From a virus: DNA of 59,057 bases. Below the pieces are notes generated by a model. It ran no database searches, was not told the origin of the DNA, and worked only from the letters and a program-made list of their open reading frames with translations. Of this stretch, positions 37,053 to 45,337 are shown piece after piece. Position 1 is the stretch's first letter, and each line of letters begins with the position of its first letter. The DNA is taken from the IMG/VR virus record IMGVR_UViG_3300045988_136150, positions 1 through 59,057 of that record. One strand, given 5' to 3'. Made by a program: the position numbers and the translations under genes.

Positions 37053-38840
37053 ATGGGTGCTTTTAAGAGTGCAGTAATCACAAAAAAGGGGCAAGCTCTT
37101 TTAGCAAAGGTGGTAGCTGGTACTGCAAAGTTTAACTTTACGAGTATTAAAACCAGCGAAAATACCCTTACTGGAGATCTTGCAAGTAAAACAGGGATTG
37201 GTACTATTAAGCAGACCGCAGATGTAGCCTCTGTTATTCGCCAGAATGACAGTAATGTAAAGGTAAGTGCTAGTTTCTCTAACACTAACCTTAACGCTGG
37301 TTACTATGTGCGTAATATTGGCTTATATGCTACGGATCCGCAGGAGGGAGAAATCTGTTATAGTATTTCCGTAGCAGATGAAAGCGTAGCTACAGCGGAT
37401 TGGATGCCTCCCTTTAACGGTATCGGAGTATCTAGCCTTATGGTGGATCTTGTTACCGCAGTATCTAACGCCTCCAGCGTTAATGTTACGGTGGATCCTA
37501 CAGCTAGTGCAACGGTGGCACAGATCATAGATTTGCAGAGCCAGATTGACGATGTAAGATCTTTTGTAGGCTATGAGGAGGATAACATCTACGGAGTAGA
37601 GGTTGACTTTTCTAGCAAGAAAATTACAAGGATTGCAGGTAACGAACATCTTACCGCAGGTGCAGACTTTGACGGATTGGATCCGTGGGGTGGGCGTAAG
37701 CGTTGTATCCTTACAGATGGGGGCGTAGTGCTTGCTTATCGTGGAGAAACAGGCTACACAGAGGCAGGAGTTACTACACAGGCTATCACAGTAGGAGATA
37801 CTGAGTATCCTAGCGGTACTAAGGTACAGGCAATGGTAGAACAGCCTATCTTTTATGTTAAGGCGGTGCCTGTAAAGGCTAAGAACGCTACTAGCGGTAA
37901 GGGTAAACAGTATGTAAAGGCTAGATTTTATATCAGTCCTACTCCTAAGAGCGGTTTTGTAGTGCCTAGAGCATTTTACGATAACTACGGTATCCCACAG
38001 GATAAAATTTATCTTGCGGCGTATGAGGGGTGTATATGGAGTGACGCCTCTCAAAAATATGATTTATTAGATACTCTACCTATGGAAGTAGAGTTAGATT
38101 TATTCTCTAGTATCGCTAACGCAAAACCAGCCTCAGGACTTTCCAAAAATTTGACTAGAGCAAATACTAGAAAACTTTGTACTAATCGTGGTGCTGGATG
38201 GCAGTTGCATAACATTTTTGCTATGGCTGTTACAGAGTGGCTCCTTATGGTTGAGTATGCAAGCCTTGATCCTCAGCGTAAAGTTGGTAGGGGTATTTGT
38301 GATTTTACAGACGATGGATCTACTAATATGGCTGTGGTTACAGGTGCTACCTCTGGTATCGGTAATGGCTCTGGTATTCCAGACGGAGGCACAGATGGTA
38401 AGTGCTCTGTTACTTATCGTGGAGAGGAAAATCTCTGGGGTAATATCTGGACTTGGCTGGATTGTATCAATATTCTTGCAAAGGGAGATAATTCTATCTG
38501 GCTTACAAAAATCGGTACTACTCCTGTGGATAACACTACAGAGGGCTATGAGTGTATGGATGCTTGGGCTACTCATTCTGGAGGTTATATTAGTGCATTT
38601 GGTATTGATCCAGATCATCCAGAGATCCTTATCCCTACAGAGGCTAGCGGTAGTGATACCTTTGCTGATTATGTTTGGGAAAATCATAATTACAATGGTT
38701 TCTTGGTTGCTCGGCTTGGTGGTAGTTGGGATATTGGCTCTATGTGTGGCTTTTATCTGAATTTGAGGGATGCCTCCTCTGCTCGTGCTCGGAATATCAG
38801 CGGTCGCTTGCTGTATGTGCCTCAATCGAAAGTTGCATAA
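37053..38840 (+). CDS. Tail fibre / receptor-binding protein, target of the DGR (variable C-terminus)
   Basis: N-terminal tail-collar-like ITKKGQALLAKVVAGTAKFNFT. C-terminal NLWGNIWTWLD...RLGGSW...CGFY...GRLLYV is C-type-lectin/FGE-like. The last 41 sense codons overlap the VR. Confidence 0.8.
   Translation: MGAFKSAVITKKGQALLAKVVAGTAKFNFTSIKTSENTLTGDLASKTGIGTIKQTADVASVIRQNDSNVKVSASFSNTNLNAGYYVRNIGLYATDPQEGEICYSISVADESVATADWMPPFNGIGVSSLMVDLVTAVSNASSVNVTVDPTASATVAQIIDLQSQIDDVRSFVGYEEDNIYGVEVDFSSKKITRIAGNEHLTAGADFDGLDPWGGRKRCILTDGGVVLAYRGETGYTEAGVTTQAITVGDTEYPSGTKVQAMVEQPIFYVKAVPVKAKNATSGKGKQYVKARFYISPTPKSGFVVPRAFYDNYGIPQDKIYLAAYEGCIWSDASQKYDLLDTLPMEVELDLFSSIANAKPASGLSKNLTRANTRKLCTNRGAGWQLHNIFAMAVTEWLLMVEYASLDPQRKVGRGICDFTDDGSTNMAVVTGATSGIGNGSGIPDGGTDGKCSVTYRGEENLWGNIWTWLDCINILAKGDNSIWLTKIGTTPVDNTTEGYECMDAWATHSGGYISAFGIDPDHPEILIPTEASGSDTFADYVWENHNYNGFLVARLGGSWDIGSMCGFYLNLRDASSARARNISGRLLYVPQSKVA
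38698..38820 (+). repeat. DGR variable repeat (VR)
   Basis: 123-nt gap-free alignment with 38941-39063. There are 24 mismatches, 23 of them opposite a TR adenine. Confidence 0.9.
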
Positions 38841-38884
38841 ACCAGCGTAAAGTAATTTGTAAATGTTAATATGGGCGGAGATTG

Positions 38885-38908
38885 AGGAGCTGTAACAGGC
38901 TCCTTTTT
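38885..38908 (+). terminator. Hairpin plus T-run downstream of VR (fibre-operon terminator and/or DGR target hairpin)
   Basis: aggagc (38885-38890) pairs with gctcct (38899-38904) around an 8-nt loop, followed by T5. Confidence 0.6.
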
Positions 38909-38940
38909 CAATGCCCTTATTAAGTGGTAGCGGTGAGATA

Positions 38941-39063
38941 GTTTCTTAATTACTAAACTTGGTGGTAAATGGAATAATGGCTCTAAATGTGGCTTTTATC
39001 TGAATTTGAATAATACCTCCTCTAATCGTAATCGGAATATCAGCAGTCACTTACTATATGTGC
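38941..39063 (+). repeat. DGR template repeat (TR)
   Basis: Non-coding copy of the VR, rich in AAT/AAA triplets in the VR frame. Carries adenines where the VR varies. Confidence 0.9.
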
Positions 39064-39327
39064 GTATTAAAAATCAGCTTACAGGTGTTATACCAATGAC
39101 ACTTTTTTATAAAAGTGAGTAACCGCTACCGTGCCTCTTGGCAAAAGATACGCTCTCCTCTGTGTGGAGGAGAGAGGTAAAAAATCGTATAAAGGGTGCC
39201 TATGTGCCAGAAATGGTAAACCCTCTGTAATTGATGTTCGTGAGGGAATACAGTACAGAGCTGAGGTGCTACGGTAGGTAGCTGGCTCCCTTTATACGCA
39301 CATACAGAATACTTTACGAGGTGGGTT
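39064..39327 (+). ncRNA. DGR spacer region between TR and RT (putative structured part of the template RNA)
   Basis: No ORF of 60 aa or more on either strand. Local hairpin 39153-39160/39167-39174. Long-range pairing 39186-39200/39284-39298 (14 of 15). 39122-39130 pairs with 38926-38934 upstream of the TR. Confidence 0.5.
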
Positions 39328-40587
39328 ATGAAAGGTACTGGAGATTTATATTCTAAGATTTACGATATGGATAATCTTAGAACAACCCACAAACACGCTA
39401 GGCGTGGTAAAGGTTGGTATAAGGAGGTTAAACAAGTAGAGAAAAACTTAGACGGAGCTCTAAAGAAACTACAGATCAGCCTTATAGAGCATACCTACAA
39501 TACCTCTCCCTATGAAACCTTTGAGAAAAAGGAAAACGGTAAAATTAGGGAGATATATAAGCTACCCTATTATCCAGATCGTATATGTCAATGGGCTATA
39601 TTGCAGGTAATAGAGCCTTATTTACTAAAAACTATGACCGCAGATACTTATAGTGCTATTCCTAAGAGGGGTAGCCAGCCTATCATAAACAAGCTGAGAG
39701 GTTACGAAAAAGTAATCAAGAAAGATGGGAAAGTGGTAAGGAAATTCTGGGTACCTAGTATTTTAGTGAGTGATCCAGAGGGTACTAAGTATTGCCTCAA
39801 AATGGATGTTAGAAAGTATTATCCTAGCATCATACACGATGTGCTCAAAAAGAGATACAGAGAGCTTTTTAAGGATGAGGAGCTCCTGTGGTTACTGGAT
39901 GAGATTATAGACAGTATCAGCACTTGCCCTTATACAGAGGAAAATGTGGAGATACTGGAGAGGCTTGGTATCTTAGTAAATGTTGTTATAGATACAGAGG
40001 GTAGGGAGTTTATTGAGGGTGTAGGTATTCCTATTGGTAACTATGTTTCACAGTATGACGGAAATTTTAATCTATCTCCGCTGGATCACTGGCTGAAAGA
40101 GGTTAAGGGGATCAAGTATTACTTTCGTTATATGGATGATATGGTTATACTGGGTGGCTCAAAAGAGGAATTACACAAGCTGAAAAGGGAGATAGATGAG
40201 TTTATGGCGGTAGAGCTAAAGCAGGTGCTTAAGCATAACTGGCAGGTATTTCCTACTAAAGTGCGTGGTATTGATTTTGTAGGCTATAGATTTTTCGGAG
40301 AGTACACTCTACTTAGGAAATCTACTTGTAAAAACTTTAAGCGTAAGATGTTAGACATCTCCAGTAAAAGAGAAAACAATGTGAGCCCTAGTTATAGTGA
40401 TTGGTGCTCATTTAATAGCTATGTGGGCTGGCTAAAGTGGTGTGATAGTTGGAGGCTATCTCAAAAGTATATAGAGCCTAACATAGAATATATGCACGAA
40501 TATTACTTAAAGGAGGTAAAAGGTAATGCAGAAATTTGTAAAGGTAAGAAGTACAGCAGAGGAAGTACAGGCGGTGGAAATCAATGA
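39328..40587 (+). CDS. DGR-type reverse transcriptase
   Basis: KIREIYKLPYYPDRICQWAI, MDVRKYYPSI, IPIGNYVSQ ([I/L]GxxxSQ) and RYMDDMVIL (YxDD). Confidence 0.9.
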   Translation: MKGTGDLYSKIYDMDNLRTTHKHARRGKGWYKEVKQVEKNLDGALKKLQISLIEHTYNTSPYETFEKKENGKIREIYKLPYYPDRICQWAILQVIEPYLLKTMTADTYSAIPKRGSQPIINKLRGYEKVIKKDGKVVRKFWVPSILVSDPEGTKYCLKMDVRKYYPSIIHDVLKKRYRELFKDEELLWLLDEIIDSISTCPYTEENVEILERLGILVNVVIDTEGREFIEGVGIPIGNYVSQYDGNFNLSPLDHWLKEVKGIKYYFRYMDDMVILGGSKEELHKLKREIDEFMAVELKQVLKHNWQVFPTKVRGIDFVGYRFFGEYTLLRKSTCKNFKRKMLDISSKRENNVSPSYSDWCSFNSYVGWLKWCDSWRLSQKYIEPNIEYMHEYYLKEVKGNAEICKGKKYSRGSTGGGNQ

Positions 40588-40804
40588 GAGTACCGTAATC
40601 GTTAATAACGGTATCACAGAGGTCCACGATGCAGGTACTAAGGAGGATCCTAGCTCTGGCTTTGATGGCTGGGAGATTGCAGAGCAGATCATCTATGAAA
40701 AAGATGAGTATATCAAGGTAATCTCTGATAAAAACGCTATGCTAGAGCAGGAAACCACTAATCTACAGATCGCTCTTACAGAAGTGTATGAGATGATGCT
40801 TTAA
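40526..40804 (+). CDS. Hypothetical acidic protein (XkdW-like by position)
   Basis: Strong RBS aaggagg. Overlaps the RT 3' end by 62 nt. Precedes XkdX-like genes, as in PBSX. Confidence 0.4.
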   Translation: MQKFVKVRSTAEEVQAVEINESTVIVNNGITEVHDAGTKEDPSSGFDGWEIAEQIIYEKDEYIKVISDKNAMLEQETTNLQIALTEVYEMML

Positions 40805-40823
40805 TCAAGGGAGGTAAAAAGTT

Positions 40824-40934
40824 ATGGCTAAAGTATATGCTGATCTTATCCGTAAAGGGCTTAAGACTATTGACGATGTACCAGAAAAACTCAGAGCAGA
40901 TGTTGAGGTTATTCTGGCTGAGGATAATGAGTGA
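40824..40934 (+). CDS. XkdX-like small protein (36 aa, not in ORF track)
   Basis: Hand translation MAKVYADLIRKGLKTIDDVPEKLRADVEVILAEDNE. RBS gggagg. Confidence 0.5.
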   Translation: MAKVYADLIRKGLKTIDDVPEKLRADVEVILAEDNE

Positions 40935-40984
40935 TGCTCCGCACTCTTATTCTAAAATTATTCTTTAGAAAGGAGGTACAGTTG

Positions 40985-41110
40985 ATGGCTGTTATCTATG
41001 CTACCCTCATTGTTAAGGGTAAAAAGACTTTTTCACAGGTGCCCTCTGTTATTAAAGAGCAGGTTAAGCAGATCCTCATTGATCTTGAAGTACCAGAGCT
41101 GGCAGAGTAA
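40985..41110 (+). CDS. XkdX-like small protein, second copy (41 aa, not in ORF track)
   Basis: Hand translation MAVIYATLIVKGKKTFSQVPSVIKEQVKQILIDLEVPELAE. RBS aggagg. Confidence 0.5.
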   Translation: MAVIYATLIVKGKKTFSQVPSVIKEQVKQILIDLEVPELAE

Positions 41111-41164
41111 CGCTGGGAGGGCTTTAGCTCTCCCTTTTATCATACAGAAAGGAGGGCTTGCGAT

Positions 41165-41473
41165 GTGACGGAGGAAAAGATCTTAGAAATTGAGCACAGG
41201 CTTACAGAGGTTGAGCAGAGATCCAAAAGCAATACTAAGAGGCTGGATGATCACGATGAGGCTATTAAGGAAAATAGTAACCTTATCGGAGCCATAAAGG
41301 AGCTGGCTACAGAAACTAAGTATATGCGTGGAGATCTTAATGAAACCATTGAGAGGCTTAATAAGCTGGAGAGTAAGAATGGAGATAAGTGGGATAAATT
41401 CAAGTGGCTACTTGTAGCAGGGCTTGTAACCATTATCTTAGGTTATATTGCTATTCAGCTTGGGCTTAATTAA
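41165..41473 (+). CDS. XhlA-like membrane protein (lysis-associated)
   Basis: N-terminal coiled coil plus a C-terminal TM segment WLLVAGLVTIILGYIAIQLG. Confidence 0.55.
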   Translation: MTEEKILEIEHRLTEVEQRSKSNTKRLDDHDEAIKENSNLIGAIKELATETKYMRGDLNETIERLNKLESKNGDKWDKFKWLLVAGLVTIILGYIAIQLGLN

Positions 41474-41486
41474 GGAGCGTGACGGT

Positions 41487-41927
41487 ATGGCACAGGGCAA
41501 AACCCAAAGGAGGCGATCCAAAGTATCTCTAAGCTCCGCTAGGCGTAAGACGGAGTTTAGTAAAAAGCTGGTGGTATTAACAGGAGCCCTCTTTATCTTA
41601 TCCCTTTTCTTAGTAAGAGCGGATATGAAAGAGGGCTACGATATTTCCAGCTACGCCACACAAATTATCTTAACTACTGGAGGTATCTTTGGAGCCTCCA
41701 TAGTATTCTATCTCAATAAGGCTAAGATCGAAAACCTATCTAAGGCTAAGATCCGTTTTGTACTACTCCGCTTAAGGCTGGAGATTAGGCTTAAGGATCG
41801 CCTCCCAGAGGAGGAGTATAACCTCATTATGGAGGAAATTGATAAGATAGATAGGATGATGGATACTAAGCTAGATGGAGCCTTAGAGGAGGCTATCCAG
41901 CAGGAGATAGAGCCACAAAACTACTAA
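41487..41927 (+). CDS. Membrane protein (lysis cassette, putative)
   Basis: ATG at 41487 (MAQGKTQ) follows aaggag. Two hydrophobic helices. Confidence 0.4.
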   Translation: MAQGKTQRRRSKVSLSSARRKTEFSKKLVVLTGALFILSLFLVRADMKEGYDISSYATQIILTTGGIFGASIVFYLNKAKIENLSKAKIRFVLLRLRLEIRLKDRLPEEEYNLIMEEIDKIDRMMDTKLDGALEEAIQQEIEPQNY

Positions 41928-41942
41928 TAGGAGGTAGAGAGT

Positions 41943-42251
41943 ATGACTATTACTCTGTTTTTGGCACTTATCGTAGTGTTTGCTATGGCAGTTTCCCTAC
42001 TCACAGAGGCGGTAAAGAAATTCTTTGAGGGATCAAAGATTACTTACTCCTCTAATGTAATCGTACTTATTGTATCGGCTATTGTGGGTATCGGTGGTAC
42101 CGCTATGGCGTATATCACTCTAGGCATTGCTTTTACCACGTCTAATATTATTGCTATGGTGCTTATGGCTGTAGCGGTGTGGGTAGGAGCTATGCTGGGC
42201 TATGATAAAGTAATCCAGATGATCGAACAGATCAAAAATATCAAGAAATAA
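41943..42251 (+). CDS. Holin
   Basis: 102 aa with three hydrophobic helices and a charged C-terminus. Upstream of the amidase. Confidence 0.65.
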   Translation: MTITLFLALIVVFAMAVSLLTEAVKKFFEGSKITYSSNVIVLIVSAIVGIGGTAMAYITLGIAFTTSNIIAMVLMAVAVWVGAMLGYDKVIQMIEQIKNIKK

Positions 42252-42259
42252 GAACTACT

Positions 42260-42286
42260 GGGAGCTCCTTAGAGGGCTCCCTTTTA
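42260..42286 (+). terminator. Hairpin / terminator (putative)
   Basis: gggagc pairs with gctccc, followed by T4. Confidence 0.45.
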
Positions 42287-42305
42287 AGTAAAGGAGGATT
42301 TTGTA

Positions 42306-42425
42306 ATGAGTAAGAAAGAAACTTTATCCCCTGTATCGGATATTGAGCTGAAAGAGGGAGAAAAAATTACAGAGGAAACTCTTGAGGAATTATCAAATAA
42401 CAAGGAGGATAACGAAAATGAGTAA
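42306..42425 (+). CDS. Small acidic protein (39 aa, not in ORF track)
   Basis: Hand translation MSKKETLSPVSDIELKEGEKITEETLEELSNNKEDNENE. RBS aaggagg. Confidence 0.3.
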   Translation: MSKKETLSPVSDIELKEGEKITEETLEELSNNKEDNENE

Positions 42426-43353
42426 TAGCCCTTTAGTGAGTTATAAGAAAATCTCACCTAATAAGACAAGCCCTAGAAATCATACCATTGATACTATTAC
42501 TATCCATTGTGTAGTAGGTCAGTGTACAGTAGAAACACTAGGTAATATCTTTGCTCCTACATCCAGACAGGCAAGCTCTAACTACGGTATCGGGCTTGAT
42601 GGAAAGATTGGAATGTATGTAGAGGAAAAGGATCGCTCTTGGTGTACTTCCAGCTCCTCCAATGATAACAGAGCTATCACTATTGAGGTAGCCAGCGATA
42701 CTAAGGAGCCTTATGCGGTAAACCAAAAGGCTTATTCCGCTTTGCTTGATCTGGTAACAGATATTTGTAAGAGAAATGGCATTAAAAAGTTGGTTTGGTC
42801 TACTAATAAAAATGAGCGTGTAAATCATCTAAATGGCTGTAATATGACAGTACATAGAGATTACGCTAATAAGAGTTGTCCGGGTACTTATCTCTATAAC
42901 AAACACGGAGAGATAGCCGATGAGGTTAATAAAAGATTAGAGGCAAGTACCACTAAACCGCCTCAGAAAACTCCTACTCAAAACCTTAAATTTAAGGTAG
43001 GAGATACCGTTAAGTTTACAGGATGCCTCCACTATACCAGCTCTTATAAGGGCGGTGTGGCTAAGGGCTGTAAGGCTGGCTTAGCAAAGGTTACAGCTAT
43101 TAGTAAGGGTAAGCCCCATCCTTATCATCTTAAGGCTGTGGCAGGTAAAGGTTCTACAGTATATGGCTGGGTAAATGAGGCAGATGTTACCGCTAATACC
43201 TCTACTACCTCTACAAAGAAATCTATTGAGGAGGTTGCTAGGGAGGTTATTAGAGGAGAGTGGGGTAATGGGGCGGATAGGAAAAACCGCCTTACCTCCG
43301 CTGGATATAATTACTCTGAGGTGCAGAATAAAGTAAATCAGATGTTAAAGTAA
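42418..43353 (+). CDS. Endolysin: N-acetylmuramoyl-L-alanine amidase with C-terminal wall-binding domains including a Cpl-7-like repeat
   Basis: IDTITIHC...SSNYGI...AITIEV...HRDYANKSCPG (amidase_2). C-terminal VAREVIRGEWGNGADRKNRLTSAGYNYSEVQNKVN. ATG at 42418 follows aaggagg. Confidence 0.85.
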   Translation: MSNSPLVSYKKISPNKTSPRNHTIDTITIHCVVGQCTVETLGNIFAPTSRQASSNYGIGLDGKIGMYVEEKDRSWCTSSSSNDNRAITIEVASDTKEPYAVNQKAYSALLDLVTDICKRNGIKKLVWSTNKNERVNHLNGCNMTVHRDYANKSCPGTYLYNKHGEIADEVNKRLEASTTKPPQKTPTQNLKFKVGDTVKFTGCLHYTSSYKGGVAKGCKAGLAKVTAISKGKPHPYHLKAVAGKGSTVYGWVNEADVTANTSTTSTKKSIEEVAREVIRGEWGNGADRKNRLTSAGYNYSEVQNKVNQMLK

Positions 43354-43384
43354 GCTCCCTATAGGTTTTCCTATTTTCCTAAGT

Positions 43385-43425
43385 AAGGCTACTGGCTTTT
43401 TAGCTGGTAGCCTTATTTTTTTTTT
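43385..43425 (+). terminator. Rho-independent terminator
   Basis: aaggctac pairs with gtagcctt with inner pairs, followed by T10. Confidence 0.75.
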
Positions 43426-43435
43426 GCGTTTCCTA

Positions 43436-43464
43436 TTGTATTTTTTATATAGGTGGTGTATAAT
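43436..43464 (+). promoter_or_regulatory. Housekeeping-sigma-like promoter upstream of the integrase
   Basis: TTGTAT, a 17-nt spacer, then TATAAT (43459-43464). Confidence 0.5.
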
Positions 43465-43481
43465 AGATAGGAACTGAAAAT

Positions 43482-43550
43482 ATAGCCTTTTTAAGCTCTT
43501 TGTTTTTGAGGTAGGGTAAATCTACCTTTGAGAGCTAAAAGAGGCTGTAT
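43482..43550. other. 69-bp imperfect dyad upstream of the integrase (candidate attP core or leader hairpin)
   Basis: Outer arms atagcctttttaagctct and agagctaaaagaggctgtat. Inner arms aggtag and ctacct. Confidence 0.3.
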
Positions 43551-43598
43551 GAGGCTCACAGGAGCCCACAGAGGCAAAATATAAAGGAGAGTTACAGG

Positions 43599-45320
43599 AT
43601 GGCTTACAGGAAAGTAAAGGATCTGTTTGAAACAATAGGATTAAGGGCGGTATTTTATGCCAGAGTATCTACAGCGGAGGAGGAACAGTTAAACGCTATA
43701 GAGCTCCAGATAGAGGAGAATAGAAATATAATCCTCAAAAATAAGTGGAAAAAGGTAGATGAGTATATAGATCGGAGTAAAACTGGTACAATGGTTAAAG
43801 GCAGAGATGAGTACCAGAGGCTCTATGAGGATATGCTGGAGGATAAGTTTGATATTATTGTGATTAAAGATCAAGATCGCCTCCAGCGTAATACTAAGGA
43901 TTGGTACCTCTTTATAGATCGCTTAGTGCAAACAGGAAAGCTCCTGTATATGTATCTGGATGGTAAGTTTTACTCTCCAGATGATGCACTTATTACAGGT
44001 ATTAGAGCTATCATAGCGGAGGAATTTAGCAGAAATCTCTCTAAAAAGCTCCATAATTACCACGCTAACCGTATTGAGAAAGCTAGACAGGGCTTAGAGA
44101 TTGATTTACAGGGTAGCGGTAATGTGTTTGGCTGGGATAAGAAAGATGGTAAATACTATATTAACCCAGATCAAGCTAAGGTAAGGAGGCTTATGTGTGA
44201 GGGCATTATGGCTAGAAAAGGCTCCACACAGATAGCGGATGAGCTTAATAAGGCTGGATACCGTAATACTGTAGGTAATCTGTGGAAACCTATGGATATA
44301 CCTAAGTTTGTGTACGATTGTAAAAATGTTGGTACTATGATTATCAATAAAGAAAAACACGATTTTGAGAGTAAGCAGATAATTAAACTCCCAGAGGAGG
44401 AGTGGGTATATGTAAAGGGTGCCCTCCCTCCTATCGTAACAGAGGAGGAGTGGGATCTTATTTGTAAGATCCACGATGAGAGAGTACTCTCTGTAGGAGC
44501 CGATCACAGAGGCAGAGGTAAAAAGGTAAGCGGATACTCCTTTAGTGGTAAAATAGTTTGCGGAATATGTGGAGCTCCTTACTGGAGAAAACAAAAAACC
44601 TCTAAAGAGGAGTACTGGGTATGCAGTACTAAGCAAACTAAAGGCAGAAAAACCAGAAAGAGAGATAGCGTATTGGGTAAGGCTGGAGAGATCAATGAGT
44701 TAGGCTGTGATAATGAAAATATCTCTTATAATGCTCTTATGAAGGTTATGAGTATCATATCAGAGCGATTACAGGCTAATACAGAGGTTATTAAGGCGGA
44801 TATGGTAAACTGGCTTACCTCACTTAAAAAACAGCTCCAGAGGGCAAATGGAGGCTCTACAGAGGCAGATCTAAAGAGAGAGGAGCTCCGCAAAGATCGG
44901 TTACTGGATGCCCTTTTAGATGGGGTGCTCACTAAAGAGGAATATAGTAAAAAAGCATTAACGATTGATCTTAAAATCACAGAAATAAAAAAAGAAATGC
45001 TGGCTAACCGTAATAGTATAGAGGATATTGCAGAGATAGATAGAGTACTGGCTAATATAGATGCAGAGGTGGCTACCTATCTGGATGAAAATAACCAGCT
45101 TAAGATAGATTTTATCTTAGAACACTTAGAGAGCGTAGAGATCTACCCAGATAAAGTAGTGGTTATGATACCGCTATTTAGTGAGGGTATGGTAGTATAT
45201 AAAACTCAGTATGTATCTGGGGAGAAATGGTGCAAGATACATACTGAAAATATCCATTACCTAAGCTCCTATAAATACTGGAATAAGAAAATAGATCTCT
45301 ATGTGAGGTTAGTAGCATAA
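43599..45320 (+). CDS. Large serine recombinase (integrase)
   Basis: AVFYARVSTAEEEQ (catalytic Ser region), resolvase-like N-terminus, a Cys cluster CGICGAPYW...WVC and a long coiled-coil C-terminus. Confidence 0.85.
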   Translation: MAYRKVKDLFETIGLRAVFYARVSTAEEEQLNAIELQIEENRNIILKNKWKKVDEYIDRSKTGTMVKGRDEYQRLYEDMLEDKFDIIVIKDQDRLQRNTKDWYLFIDRLVQTGKLLYMYLDGKFYSPDDALITGIRAIIAEEFSRNLSKKLHNYHANRIEKARQGLEIDLQGSGNVFGWDKKDGKYYINPDQAKVRRLMCEGIMARKGSTQIADELNKAGYRNTVGNLWKPMDIPKFVYDCKNVGTMIINKEKHDFESKQIIKLPEEEWVYVKGALPPIVTEEEWDLICKIHDERVLSVGADHRGRGKKVSGYSFSGKIVCGICGAPYWRKQKTSKEEYWVCSTKQTKGRKTRKRDSVLGKAGEINELGCDNENISYNALMKVMSIISERLQANTEVIKADMVNWLTSLKKQLQRANGGSTEADLKREELRKDRLLDALLDGVLTKEEYSKKALTIDLKITEIKKEMLANRNSIEDIAEIDRVLANIDAEVATYLDENNQLKIDFILEHLESVEIYPDKVVVMIPLFSEGMVVYKTQYVSGEKWCKIHTENIHYLSSYKYWNKKIDLYVRLVA

Positions 45321-45337
45321 TTTTTATATATGGGGTA

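Larger units (their letters stand above)
38698..40587 (+). mobile_element. Diversity-generating retroelement cassette (VR - hairpin - TR - structured spacer - RT), no Avd gene seen
   Basis: See the VR, TR and RT features. Confidence 0.85.

Noticed and set aside
38645-38660. Partial similarity between tagcggtagtgata (upstream of the VR) and tagcggtgagata (38928-38940, upstream of the TR), considered as a longer TR/VR homology with a 39-nt deletion
   Set aside because: The match is too short and gapped to separate from chance by eye. The TR-proximal copy is better explained by its pairing with 39122-39130.
38188-38760. 190-aa alternative + frame ORF inside the tail fibre gene
   Set aside because: It is out of frame with a gene that has clear tail-fibre and lectin-fold motifs. 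It has no RBS and the translation looks implausible.
38768-38768. A single non-adenine TR/VR mismatch (TR T39011 versus VR G38768), considered as evidence against DGR mutagenesis
   Set aside because: It is one of 24 differences. The other 23 are at TR adenines, and an isolated drift mutation or a misread base explains it.
40526-40804. The small ORF overlapping the RT 3' end, considered as the missing DGR accessory protein (Avd)
   Set aside because: The product is strongly acidic and shows no resemblance to the basic four-helix Avd. Its position before XkdX-like genes fits an XkdW-like tail or lysis-region gene.
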